From assembly GCA_963708075.1 (NCBI GenBank), contig OY970194.1:5504001-5568000 (forward strand): DNA of 64,000 nucleotides. Direction: 5' to 3'. The DNA comes from Sedimentisphaerales bacterium. GTDB taxonomy: Bacteria > Planctomycetota > Phycisphaerae > Sedimentisphaerales > Anaerobacaceae. Of this stretch, positions 17,486-27,692 are shown in pieces (the first letter of the stretch is position 1; each line of letters opens with the position of its first letter). Under the pieces are notes generated by a model. It saw nothing but the letters and a program-made list of their open reading frames with translations. It did not search any database and had not been told where the DNA came from. The translations under genes and the position numbers were made by a program.

Positions 17486-19474
17486 ATGCAGGAGTCTGAC
17501 CGTGCGGCAATTGTGCGTTGGTGGTTGTGTGCAGGACTCGTGGCTCTTGCGCTGCGGCCCGGGAGCGCTCTGGCGGAGGAGACCGACAGCACCATCCCTT
17601 GGCCGCGTCAGTACAAGATCAAGCCCCATGAGAAAGACCGTTTGACTGCGGCCGACGTTGTCGGACCGGATGGAATCGTGTACCCCAACTGGACCCGGTG
17701 CGGCGTGCAGGGGGGTATCCCGACAGTGGAGGTCGTGGCGAACGTCGAAGACTTCGGGGCTGTGGCCGATGACGATCTGGACGACTCGAAGGCCCTCCAG
17801 GAGGCCTGTGACCGCGCGGGCCGCACGGGTGGCGCTGTCCTGATTGGCGAAGGGACGTACCGCCTGGATCGGCCCGTGACCGTTCGGCATGACAAGGTGG
17901 TCATCAGAGGCAAAGGTCCGTCACGGACTCGCCTGATCTTCCGGTATGCGATCCCCAAAGAAGGAGTGACCTTCTTCAGCCCTCCTGCCGACTCGCGCAT
18001 AGGCGGGGATACGCGGATCGAGTTGCACTGCCTGCCCGCGGGCCTTGCGAAGATGACGCTGATGATTGACGGCACCACGATTGGCGCCTGGGCCTCAGGC
18101 CAGCACTCGGGGAACACCTTCAGTTTTGCCGTGTACGCAAGAGCAATCCCTAAAGAGGTGCCCGATGGCCGACACACGCTCAAAGGCATCGCGGAATACC
18201 GGGACGGCTCCAGGCGAGTCGCTGAGATCCCCATCGTCCTCGATCGTACGTTCAAGGACAGGCGATTCGTCCCCGACTCGCGGGCGGCCATAACGTTCGC
18301 GGGACAAGGGACGGTTGGCGAGAAGCTGGAGCTCGCAAGCGATGGCAAACGGGGGGATGCCGAGCTGCACTTGCAGAGCACGGGAGACTTGAAAACCGGC
18401 GATTGCATCTTCATCGATGGCCCGGCGACGAGCCGATGGAAGAAGCTGACCCGAAATGCGTGCGAGTGGGGCATGTACCGCAACTATGAAGCTGTCGTTA
18501 CAGGCATCGCCGGCGGGTCTGTCTCCATCAGTCAGCCGCTGCGCATTGAGTTTCCGGTGATCGACGGTTCGTACGTGCAGAAGGTCGTCCCGATCCAACG
18601 CTGCGGAATCGAGGACCTCTACCTGGAGCAGACCGAGAATCTGTGGATCACGGGCGTGCTGTTCGCCCACGGGTGGAACTGCTGGGCGCGCGGCGTGACG
18701 GTGAAGAAATGCGGGCGGTTTCCCGTCTACGGCTCGATGGCCAAGTGGTGCGAGATCCGGGACTGCACCTTCGATGACGCCTGGTTCAAAGGCGGTGGGG
18801 GGACGGCGTACACGGGCTGGGATCGCTGCTGGGATTGTCTGATGGAAAACGTCGAAACCTTCCAAATGCGACACGCGCCTTTGTTTCAGTGGGCGGCCAG
18901 CGGATGCGTCATCCGCAAGAGCACGTTTCATGAGAGTGATGCTCAGTGGCACGCCGGCTGGACGAATGAGAATCTGATCGAGCAATGCGTCGTGGAATCC
19001 GTCCAGGGTCACGGCGGGTACGGCTATGGCATGTGGGCCTCGCCGCCGGAAGATACGGCACACGGGCCGAATGGACCCCGGAACGTCGTCTACAACTGCG
19101 ATATCCGCTCGCAAAAAGCCGGGGTCTGGATGGGCGGCATGAACGAGAATTGGTTGATCCTGCACAACCGGTTCACCATCGACGGCGGCCCCGGCGTCTT
19201 TGCCAAGGCGACCAGCTTCGATCACATCGTCAAGGGAAACGTTTTCGTATTGAAAGATGGCAAGTCGCCGATGATCCAACTGGCCGCTGCGGATTGCATA
19301 GGCGTTGAGGTGGTCGGCAACAGTCTCTATGGAGGCAACGGTCACTTCGTGTCAGGCCAGGCACAGCCGGTTTTGTCCGAAGAGAACCAGGCATTTCCGC
19401 TCTCGCCCGCCTCCCGGCCGCAACCCCAGGTGCCATCAATCTATGAGTGGCAGCGCCGGAATCAAGACCATTGA
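17486..19474 (+). CDS. secreted right-handed beta-helix protein (pectate-lyase-like fold), probable carbohydrate-active enzyme
   Basis: GGAGG RBS. Signal peptide ending ALA. Beta-helix N-cap NVEDFGAVADDDLDDSKALQEA...VLIGEGTYRL followed by repeated short beta turns. Confidence 0.75.
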   Translation: MQESDRAAIVRWWLCAGLVALALRPGSALAEETDSTIPWPRQYKIKPHEKDRLTAADVVGPDGIVYPNWTRCGVQGGIPTVEVVANVEDFGAVADDDLDDSKALQEACDRAGRTGGAVLIGEGTYRLDRPVTVRHDKVVIRGKGPSRTRLIFRYAIPKEGVTFFSPPADSRIGGDTRIELHCLPAGLAKMTLMIDGTTIGAWASGQHSGNTFSFAVYARAIPKEVPDGRHTLKGIAEYRDGSRRVAEIPIVLDRTFKDRRFVPDSRAAITFAGQGTVGEKLELASDGKRGDAELHLQSTGDLKTGDCIFIDGPATSRWKKLTRNACEWGMYRNYEAVVTGIAGGSVSISQPLRIEFPVIDGSYVQKVVPIQRCGIEDLYLEQTENLWITGVLFAHGWNCWARGVTVKKCGRFPVYGSMAKWCEIRDCTFDDAWFKGGGGTAYTGWDRCWDCLMENVETFQMRHAPLFQWAASGCVIRKSTFHESDAQWHAGWTNENLIEQCVVESVQGHGGYGYGMWASPPEDTAHGPNGPRNVVYNCDIRSQKAGVWMGGMNENWLILHNRFTIDGGPGVFAKATSFDHIVKGNVFVLKDGKSPMIQLAAADCIGVEVVGNSLYGGNGHFVSGQAQPVLSEENQAFPLSPASRPQPQVPSIYEWQRRNQDH

Positions 19475-19618
19475 GTCGGATGGGTGCCTGGATTGTCGTA
19501 ACTTCAAGCGTGGGTAGACGTTGCAGTCCGCCACGAAAACGGGTATCCTGACACGGCCGTTGTGCAGGCGGCATTTTGGGTCCGCCGGGCCTATGGTAGT
19601 TGACTAGGAGTGCAGATC

Positions 19619-20590
19619 ATGAAAAATGCGCTGTGGATTGTTCTGTTTGTCGTTGTGGCCGGCTTGCTGGTGGCTGTGGGAGTGCTCCGCAAGGGCGGCG
19701 GTGAGACGCCCAGGCGAATCGGGGTCGTGCCCAAGGAGACGGCATCGGTGTACTGGGAGGGCGTCCGGCAGGGGGCGCTGAAGGCGGGGCAAGAGGAGAA
19801 GTATGAGATTCTCTGGAACGGTCCGGAGATCGAGACGGACTGCGAGCGGCAGATTCAGATCGTCGAGGACATGATCGCCCAGAAGGTCGCCGGCATCGTC
19901 CTGGCCCCGAGCAATCGCAAGGCTCTTGTCCCGGCCGTCGAGAAGACCTACGGGAAGAACATCCCCTGCGTAATCGTCGATTCCGGCGTAGAGACCGACA
20001 AGTACCTCTCCTATATGGCCACGGACAACCGCAAGGGCGGCGTTCTGGCCGCCAAACGCATCGGCGAAATCCTCGGCGGCAAGGGCCGGATCATCGTCGT
20101 GGCGTGGACGCCCAACTCCGCCTCCACGGACGCGCGCCTCGAGGGCTTCCGCGAGACGCTGGCAAAGGAATTCCCCGGCATGGAGATCGTTGACACGCAA
20201 TTCCCCAACCCGCCCACGATGGACAAGGCCCGCGACGTCACCCAGGACATGCTGACGCGGAACAATGATGTGGCGGGCATCTTCGCCTGCAACGCCACGA
20301 CGGCCGGCGGCGCGCTGACGGCCCTGCGGGACTTCCAGAAGGGCGAGAAGAAGATCAAGATGGTCGGGTTTGACGCCTGGCCGCTGCTCGTGGACGGGCT
20401 GAAGGAGGGCGACCTCGACAGCCTGATCATTCAGAACCCCTTCAAAATGGGCTACGAGGGCGTCAAGGCGATTGTCCGCCAGATCAAGGGCGAGCAGGTC
20501 CCCAAAGAGGTGGATACGGGCGTCGAGCTGATCACGAAGGACGGGCTCAGCGACCCCAGGATCAAGGAGTTGCTCGAATCGCAGATATGA
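19619..20590 (+). CDS. sugar ABC transporter substrate-binding protein (RbsB-like)
   Basis: VVPK..YW, GIVLAP, ATDNRKGG, R..GF, VGFDA, IQNPFKMGYEGV. N-terminal anchor. Confidence 0.92.
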   Translation: MKNALWIVLFVVVAGLLVAVGVLRKGGGETPRRIGVVPKETASVYWEGVRQGALKAGQEEKYEILWNGPEIETDCERQIQIVEDMIAQKVAGIVLAPSNRKALVPAVEKTYGKNIPCVIVDSGVETDKYLSYMATDNRKGGVLAAKRIGEILGGKGRIIVVAWTPNSASTDARLEGFRETLAKEFPGMEIVDTQFPNPPTMDKARDVTQDMLTRNNDVAGIFACNATTAGGALTALRDFQKGEKKIKMVGFDAWPLLVDGLKEGDLDSLIIQNPFKMGYEGVKAIVRQIKGEQVPKEVDTGVELITKDGLSDPRIKELLESQI

Positions 20591-20696
20591 CCGGCACAGG
20601 TGAGAAGTATGATTTTTGATGGTTGATTTTTGATTTTGGAGGTCCGCACACATCAACAATCACAAATCAGAAATCACACTTCCAACGGCCCTGCGC

Positions 20697-22172
20697 ATGA
20701 CGGGTATCTCCAAGCGGTTCGGCCCCGTGCAGGCGGTGCGGGATGTCCATCTGGCCGTCCGCAAGGGCACGGTGCACGCGCTGGTCGGCGAGAATGGCGC
20801 GGGCAAATCCACACTCATGAAAATCCTTGCCGGCGTGTATCAGCCCGACTCCGGCTCCATCGAGATTCACGGGCGGTCCGCGATCTTCACGAATCCCGCT
20901 CAGGCCATCGAGGCGGGTGTCTCGATGATCTATCAGGAGTTGGACCTGGCCGAGCATCTGACGGCGGCCGAGAATATTTACCTTGGCGCCGAGCCCAAAG
21001 GGTCCCTGCCGTTTACGATCAGTCACAAACAGATGCTCGCAAGGGCAAACGAGCTCGCCGGGCGATTTCACTTCGAGATCGATGCCGGCGCCAAGGTCGA
21101 GGACCTTCCCACCGGTGACTGCCAGATCGTCGAGATTCTCAAGGCCCTGCGCCGCAACGCCTCGATCATTGTCATGGACGAGCCCACGTCCTCGCTCTCG
21201 GAGCGCGAGGCGGAAAGGCTCTTCGAGGTCGTTCGCCGGCTCCGCAGCGAGGGGCTCTCGATCATCTACATCTCGCACCGGCTGGAAGAGATCGTCGATC
21301 TGGCCGACGAGGTCAGCGTCCTGCGCGACGGGGAACTCGTTACGTCCGAGGCCATGACGAGCCTGGACATTCCGAAGATCGTGCACCACATGGTGGGACG
21401 CGAGCTGACGGACTTCTTCCCGCAGCGCAGCATCAGCCTCGGCGAGGTCCTCGTTCAGGTCACGGACCTGTCCTCCGAGGCGGGCATTCGCGACATCGGG
21501 TTCGAGGTCCGCCGGGGCGAGATCGTCGGCATGGCCGGCCTGGTGGGCGCCGGCAGGACCGAGGTCGCCCGGGCCATCTTCGGCGTGGACAAGAAGACGA
21601 CCGGCCGGGTCGTCCTCGACGGCCGGGAATTGAATATCGACTCGCCCGCCGAGGCTATCGCCAGCGGCATTGCTTTGCTCACGGAGGATCGCAAGCGGAC
21701 TGGCCTGTGCCTGGAGCTGCCCTGCAGTTGGAATATCACGCTGCCGAACCTCGGCCAGATCGGTTTCAAGCCATTCATCAAGCCGGCGCAGGAGACCCGG
21801 ATCGCGGCCGAAGTGGGCTCGCGCATCGCGGTCAAGTGGTCCTCGCCGCAAGCGCCCGCCAGCTCCCTGTCCGGCGGCAACCAGCAGAAGCTGCTCATCG
21901 CCCGCTGGCTTCTGGCCGACTCGAAATTCATGATCTTCGACGAGCCCACGCGGGGTATCGACGTCGGGGCCAAGATCGAGGTCTATACCCTGCTCAACAA
22001 ACTCGCCGAGCAGGGCAAGGCGATCCTGTTCATCTCCTCCGAGTTGCCCGAGTTGTTCGGCGTCGCGGACCGAATCCTTGTGATGCGCCGGGGAAAGCTG
22101 GTCGGCAACCTTGTGACCGCGGAGACGACGCCTGAGGGAGTGATGCACCTGGCCGCTGTGGAGGAAAACTGA
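20697..22172 (+). CDS. sugar ABC transporter ATP-binding protein (RbsA/MglA-like, two ABC domains)
   Basis: GENGAGKST, MDEPTSSL, ISHRL, LSGGNQQK, DEPTRGIDVGAK. The true start may be upstream at 20652. Confidence 0.95.
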   Translation: MTGISKRFGPVQAVRDVHLAVRKGTVHALVGENGAGKSTLMKILAGVYQPDSGSIEIHGRSAIFTNPAQAIEAGVSMIYQELDLAEHLTAAENIYLGAEPKGSLPFTISHKQMLARANELAGRFHFEIDAGAKVEDLPTGDCQIVEILKALRRNASIIVMDEPTSSLSEREAERLFEVVRRLRSEGLSIIYISHRLEEIVDLADEVSVLRDGELVTSEAMTSLDIPKIVHHMVGRELTDFFPQRSISLGEVLVQVTDLSSEAGIRDIGFEVRRGEIVGMAGLVGAGRTEVARAIFGVDKKTTGRVVLDGRELNIDSPAEAIASGIALLTEDRKRTGLCLELPCSWNITLPNLGQIGFKPFIKPAQETRIAAEVGSRIAVKWSSPQAPASSLSGGNQQKLLIARWLLADSKFMIFDEPTRGIDVGAKIEVYTLLNKLAEQGKAILFISSELPELFGVADRILVMRRGKLVGNLVTAETTPEGVMHLAAVEEN

Positions 22173-23129
22173 ATGAACAAATTCACGCGACAATTGCTGC
22201 CCTTTGCAGGGTTGATTCTGCTCGTTGCCGTCCTGGCGGCTCTCAAGCCGAACACATTTGCGACGGCCGAGAACTTCTTCAACGTCCTGAGCCGCTCCAG
22301 CGTCAACGGCATCATCGCGATGGGCATGACGGCTGTCATCATCTCCGGCGGCATCGACCTGTCCGTCGGCTCGATGATGGCCCTGTGCGGTATGGTCGCG
22401 GGACTGATCATGACGAAACACGGCGAGATCGTCCCCACCATCGGACTGATGTGGATCGGGACGTTCGCCGGCGTCGGCACGGGGCTTCTCTGCGGCCTGC
22501 TCAACGGCGGCCTGATCACCAAGCTCAACCTGCCGCCCTTCATCGTCACGCTCGGCACGATGAGCGCCTTTCGCGGCATCTCCTACGTGATGAACAAGGG
22601 CATGATGTTCGACGTGCCTACCTACAAATTCCTCGGCCAGGCCACCCTGGGCGGCATCCCGGTCAACGTGCTGATCTTCCTTCTGATCGTTCTGCTCGCG
22701 TTCTTCCTTCTGCGGTACACGCCGCTGGGCCGGTACACCTACGCGATCGGCTCGAACCGCCAGGCCGCGTATCACGCCGGCGTGAACGTGGACCGCAACC
22801 TGCTGGCGATCTACACTCTCACCGGCCTGTTCGTCGGCATCGCCGCCATGATCGCCACCAGCCGAACCGTTTCCGCCCAGCCGACCGCGGGCATCAGCCT
22901 GGAGCTCGACATCATCGCCGCCGTCGTCATCGGAGGCGCCAGCCTCTCCGGCGGCCGGGGCACCATCATCGGCACGATTATCGGAACCCTGCTCATCAGC
23001 TTCCTTCGCAACGGCCTGACCCTGCTCGGCATCTCCACCAATATCCAGCTCGTCGTCATTGGCGCCATCATCATCACCGCCGTCGCCGTCGACCAGATGG
23101 CCCGAGCCAAAGCCGTCGAAAGCCGGTAG
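22173..23129 (+). CDS. sugar ABC transporter permease (RbsC-like)
   Basis: GGIDLSVGS, PPFIVTLG, ELDIIAAVVIGGASLSGGRG. Confidence 0.95.
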   Translation: MNKFTRQLLPFAGLILLVAVLAALKPNTFATAENFFNVLSRSSVNGIIAMGMTAVIISGGIDLSVGSMMALCGMVAGLIMTKHGEIVPTIGLMWIGTFAGVGTGLLCGLLNGGLITKLNLPPFIVTLGTMSAFRGISYVMNKGMMFDVPTYKFLGQATLGGIPVNVLIFLLIVLLAFFLLRYTPLGRYTYAIGSNRQAAYHAGVNVDRNLLAIYTLTGLFVGIAAMIATSRTVSAQPTAGISLELDIIAAVVIGGASLSGGRGTIIGTIIGTLLISFLRNGLTLLGISTNIQLVVIGAIIITAVAVDQMARAKAVESR

Positions 23130-23490
23130 CACCGATTACAATCGGGTATCTCGGGTATCTCGTCCCTCCCGGGTGGCAGCGGCAGATGGAGTCTGACGAT
23201 GGTGGGTGGGCTGCCATTCATTGCATCGAATGAATAGCGATGGGAGTGGTCCACGAAGAGCGTCCGAAAACATCGACTCCTTCGGTTCGCCAGTCCCTAT
23301 TTGCGTCCATCGAAGCACGCCGGCGACTGGTCCGGAAAGACCCCATAGGTAATACGAGATTGTTTATGGGGCGACTGCTGCCGGTCGTCGGGATGGGCAT
23401 TTGGGGTTAAAGCGGCATCGGTGCCCTGTCGAACTCTATCCCAGGGTTTCATACCCTGCAACGATAAGGTCCTTGTGAACGTGGAGACCT

Positions 23491-24123
23491 ATGAGTCAGA
23501 CTGAACGACAGAAACGGCTTCGCCTGCTGGTCAAGAAGCTCAACCGGGAACGCAAGCGGCAGGCGAACAAGGTGGATATCCTGTGCAATGACCTGATCGG
23601 CGCACAGCGGGAGTTCATGCACCGGCTGAACCAGATCGGCTTTGCCGCCCGTTTCTACAAGGGCCTGCTGGGCGCCGCGGACCTCAGGACTGTGGTCGTT
23701 CATGCCGGCCGGCTCCTCCGGGAGGAGCTGCACGGCGCTCGCGTCGTGTTCTTTCTGCGCCAGGGCGACGGCGGCGAGACGCGCCCCTGGGACGTGGACC
23801 CGGCGTGTGGCGACTGCGAAGACGTGAGGTTGGAGGACTACCTGACGCCGGGCCTGGCGGCGGGCATCTCCAAATCGAATCGCCTGTGCACGATGGACGA
23901 TCTGTTCGGCATGGGCCTGGAGGGCAACCGCCAGGTGCTCAATGGGCTCTCGGCCGTCACGGTCCCGCTCAGCGATCTGGGGCGGTCTCTGGGCTTCGTG
24001 CTCCTGTGCCGGACGACGGATCACCCGCTTCACAACGACGAGGTAGAGAGGGTGACTCTCGTCGCCTGCGGCCTGTCCCAAGCCATCCGAACCTGCGGCG
24101 TGCCTTCACTGCCACGGGAATAA
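23491..24123 (+). CDS. hypothetical protein with basic coiled-coil N-terminus and GAF-like C-terminus
   Basis: GGAG RBS. AVTVPL..LGRSLGFVLL...PLHNDEVE resembles the end of a GAF domain. Confidence 0.7.
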   Translation: MSQTERQKRLRLLVKKLNRERKRQANKVDILCNDLIGAQREFMHRLNQIGFAARFYKGLLGAADLRTVVVHAGRLLREELHGARVVFFLRQGDGGETRPWDVDPACGDCEDVRLEDYLTPGLAAGISKSNRLCTMDDLFGMGLEGNRQVLNGLSAVTVPLSDLGRSLGFVLLCRTTDHPLHNDEVERVTLVACGLSQAIRTCGVPSLPRE

Positions 24124-24256
24124 CGGCTGAAACCGGCTCCCCCGATGGCGTCGGCCAGTAGGAAGTGTCCTTCCCAAGGCCGCGAATTCCCCATTTGCGG
24201 GCCCAACACCGCGTCCCGATCGTAGCGACATAATCGCGACCTGCCCAAGAATTTGC

Positions 24257-24284
24257 TTGCATTTTGGTCGGGTGGGCCTATAAT
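24257..24284 (+). promoter_or_regulatory. candidate sigma70 promoter
   Basis: TTGCAT, 16-nt spacer, TATAAT, upstream of the gene at 24414. Confidence 0.45.
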
Positions 24285-24413
24285 CCTGCACAGCGTTCGC
24301 AGCGAGGCGGTGTCCCCCCGCCCGATCTCACGCCGGCCTGCTGCCATGACGCCGGGGGATGCGGTGCGTTCTCATCTCCGATAGACCAAACAGCCGTAAT
24401 AGGGGATCCAGAC

Positions 24414-25124
24414 ATGAACGAGGGACCGGTAAGCCAGGGTGCGATGATCGAAACCACCGACTGCCTTGAGGCCGTGGGTGTCTTCCGAGGGTGGAAGAAT
24501 CTGTTCTTTCTGATTATGGTGGTCTGTCTGCTGCTGGTGCAAGCGGCTTTCTGGCTTGTGGATCTGAAGATGGTTCCGGCAGGTGGAGATGGTTCAGCTC
24601 CCGTGGTCAGTACCGCGCCGGCCGATGCGAACGCCGTCGCAGGTGCGGCCGCCGAACCCAACCAGCCTTCCCGCCGCGTTGCCGATGTGGCCAAGCTGCC
24701 CGCCCAACTCCTTGGGAGGCTCGACGCCGGGCATCTGGCACGCGCCCTTGAGCTTATCAACGGCATCCTGATCGTCGCCGTCGTGCTCTACGTCCTGGCG
24801 ATGTTCTTCAACCTGATCGTCTCGCTGGTCGGCAGGCTGGGCGGCATCCGGCACATCTCCCGCGCCTTCTTCCTGTCCGTGATCGTGCTCGTGCTCGTCA
24901 TCCCGTGGCAGACAGTGGTCGGCTCGCGCGTGCCCGGCGTGCTGTACACCCTGCCCGAGCTGCTCGATTGGATGGCAGGCAAGAACGAGAGCCTGTTCAA
25001 CACAGTCATGTACTACCTCCGCTTCAGCGGCTACTGGCTGGCCTTCCTGCTGCTGGCGCTCATCTGCCAGTTGCGAAGCGCCCGCTGGACCAAGTCCATC
25101 CTCCGCCGGCTGGAGATCATCTGA
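24414..25124 (+). CDS. hypothetical integral membrane protein (about 4 TM segments)
   Basis: Several long hydrophobic stretches and GC3-biased codons. Confidence 0.75.
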   Translation: MNEGPVSQGAMIETTDCLEAVGVFRGWKNLFFLIMVVCLLLVQAAFWLVDLKMVPAGGDGSAPVVSTAPADANAVAGAAAEPNQPSRRVADVAKLPAQLLGRLDAGHLARALELINGILIVAVVLYVLAMFFNLIVSLVGRLGGIRHISRAFFLSVIVLVLVIPWQTVVGSRVPGVLYTLPELLDWMAGKNESLFNTVMYYLRFSGYWLAFLLLALICQLRSARWTKSILRRLEII

Positions 25125-25262
25125 CCTTCCGCTATGGCTGAGCAGGTCTTTTGTGCCGGTGACAGTAAGTCTGTCTGCGCAGACGTTCTGCGCCTCATAG
25201 CCGGGACTCACATCAGTACCACGACCATTCTGACAGTGTATGTAGAGAATAGCGATTACGAT

Positions 25263-25299
25263 GGGTGGCAGCGGCAAGCTCCGAAGACTCCTGCCACCC
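25263..25299. repeat. short REP-like palindrome, GGGTGGCA family
   Basis: GGGTGGCAG...CTGCCACCC. Confidence 0.65.
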
Positions 25300-25329
25300 G
25301 ATACCCACAAGATTAGCGTAGCGGCAGTA

Positions 25330-26959
25330 TCAGAATCGTTGTCTCATACTGTGCAGGCCGGAGGCGCCGGTGGGCTCGGGAGGGGCGGGGGTGACGATTT
25401 GGGGGGTGGAGCCGGCGTCGTAGCAGCGGACGGTGAAGGTGTGCTCGCCCGGCTCGAACGGCCAGTCGTAGCGCCAGAGCACCCAGGTCACCTCTGATAG
25501 TGGTGTGCGCAGGGCTGCCTGCTGCCAGGGGCCTTCATCGACCTGCACCTCGACCCGCGAGATTCCCCTGGCGCCGGCGTGGGCGATCCCGCCGATGGGC
25601 ACGGGCGTCCCGCGATCCGCATAGACGATATTCATATTCATCCCGACCGTGTCGATGACGGATGTGGCTTTCATCCGGGCGACCTCGTCCCACCCGCGAA
25701 CGACCCAGTAGCCCGGCTCCCAGCGGTCCGTCGCCTCGATGGTCTCGATCCACTTGGGCTGCTTCATGCCGTACACGTCGGGGATGTAGATCCGCAGTGG
25801 GAAGCCGTGCCCGACCGGCAGCGGCACGCCGTCCCACGCATAGGCCAGCATCACCCGCTCATCCGACCTGGCGATCTCCAGCGGGACGACCTCGTAGAAC
25901 GCATCGGCCGAGCGAATCTTCAGGTGCGTGGCCTCGGGCTTGAGGCCGAGGTCCGCCAGCAGGCGCTGCAGGCTCACGCCGGTCCAGCGGGTCGTGCCGA
26001 TCAGGTCGCCGCCGACGGGGTTGGAGATACACGACAGGGTAATGAACTGGTGCATCGGCTCGTAGTGCCGCAGCTCGTCAAGCGTCAATGCCAGTGGCTT
26101 CTCAACCAGTCCCTCAACCTTCAGCCGCCACTCTTGCTCGTCGATCCTCGGTGGGATTGTGTTGATGTCGATGCGGTAGTGCTGTTCGAGGTGCGTGTAC
26201 TCCGCCCGCGTCCCCGGCGCAGGCTCGACGGCGGCGCCGGCGTTGGGCAGGGGGTGCGTGGCGGACCATCGCTCGCCGCCTGCCGCCGTGGCCTCTCTGC
26301 TCCGGCGGCTTTGCGACAGCGCGCCGACCACCGCCCCGGTCACTGTGATCGCTGCGGTCATGCCACCGAGCCGGATCAGGAACCGCCGCCGGCTGACCCG
26401 CTCCGCGAAAGGAGGCGCCGCCGAAGTGCTCTCCGCGGAAACGCTGGCTGCAAGGAGTTGTTGGTAAACCCAGCCGAAGGTCACGCCCCAGAGAATGAAA
26501 ACGGCAAGGATCCAGATTGCGCTGATGGTCGGTGAGACCTCGGCCGTATGGCTGAGGGAGCGGCTGATGAGCATGACGGGAACACCCACGGCGATGCCCA
26601 TGATGAGCCCCAAAGGATAGGCGAATCGGCCTCGAAGTGCGCAAGAGGGCGAAGAGCACTGCTCCGGCGACCACACCCGTGACGAACAGGCCGGTGATCC
26701 CCATCGCCTGCTCGGCCATCTTGGCGACAACGGACGTCGGACCCAGGTTTAGCGCCCGAATGACCGCCACCATCGATCCGATGCCGAAGGCGATGACCCT
26801 GCCGGGCAGGACGCGGGCGACCCAGTCGAACACGTCAAACGGGACAAACGGCAGCCCGGCGAGCTGCCAGCCGGCATAGAACACGGCGATCAGCGCCGCC
26901 GTCAGCATGGCTCCTACCAGTGCCCCCGCAAAAATCCCCGGCCGTCTCAGTGGCTTCAT
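25330..26959 (-). CDS. membrane-anchored molybdopterin-dependent oxidoreductase (sulfite oxidase family); one frameshift (~26640)
   Basis: YRIDIN, WRLKVEGLV, TLSCISNPVGG (Mo-ligating Cys), WTGVSL, HGFPLR, YGMKQPKW, GYWVVRGW, C-terminal dimerisation domain. The TM N-terminus is in another frame. Confidence 0.88.
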
Positions 26960-26989
26960 GGTCCACACCCCTTCTTAAGTCAGGAAGAC

Positions 26990-27069
26990 GGGTGCCATGT
27001 TCGTGCTTGCGTGGACACGTTTCCGCGATCGCGATAAGACATGCTTGCGCAAGCATAAGCATGGCACCC
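26990..27069. repeat. REP-like palindrome, GGGTGCCATG variant
   Basis: Termini GGGTGCCATG ... CATGGCACCC. Confidence 0.7.
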
Positions 27070-27265
27070 GGCACGGTAATCATGGTTTCCACTCCACCAT
27101 ATCGGCGCGATTCGCTCAATGAGCCTTTTCCCTACACCCGACCGAGCGATGATCGCGAACTCTCCACGTAGAGCCTGCCCCTGACCCGATCAGGAGTCGT
27201 GCGTCCCCGCACGCGCCCCTGGGTGGAAGTAGTCGCACGCACAATGTAAGGGTGCGGTCGGCATG

Positions 27266-27575
27266 CGGTGGCGACGTGTGGCCGCCGTGTGCGGACCGTC
27301 CCTCTTTCGTCCCTTAGGGGACTGGCTTTTATCCTTGGCCCCGGTTCCCCAGCGATAAATCGCTGGGCTATTCTCTATCGCCCTGCGGGCTTGGACTGTG
27401 CCCCAGTCCTCTTGCCTCGGCCCATTCGCCCCACAGGGGCGAGCGATAATAGCCCACCGTTTCAACGGTGGGTACCGATAGCCAATTATATTCCAAAGCC
27501 CCGCAGGGGCGAAAGAAGACTGCGCTCTTGTGTCCGGTGGGATCGCAACCCGCCACCCAATGCCGGCCGCACACC
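27266..27575. mobile_element. MITE-like non-coding element, copy 1 (inverted copy at ~52336-52717)
   Basis: About 310 bp, collinear in reverse complement with ~52336-52717. Internal palindromes CCCAGCGATAAATCGCTGGG and CCCACCGTTTCAACGGTGGG. Confidence 0.75.
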
Positions 27576-27599
27576 AATGCAAAAATGCAAATATGTTAG

Positions 27600-27627
27600 T
27601 TGACAGAAAACGGCCATCATGTATGAT
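27600..27627 (+). promoter_or_regulatory. sigma70-type promoter for the HNH-AP2 gene
   Basis: TTGACA, 16-nt spacer, TATGAT. Confidence 0.55.
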
Positions 27628-27692
27628 TGTACATGCGTGCTACGCTGTGACGCCCCGGTGTGCCGGGACCATCGAACCGGAAGGGAGAACGC

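Noticed and set aside
20667..23132. 821-aa minus-strand ORF and similar long antisense ORFs (e.g. 55781-58792, 40030-41817, 9212-10414)
   Set aside because: These are shadow ORFs opposite well-supported genes in high-GC DNA and have no motifs of their own.
23405..23436. Sigma28-type promoter (TAAAG...GTCGAAC)
   Set aside because: The -10 match to GCCGATAA is poor and the spacing is off, so it is not supportable from sequence alone.
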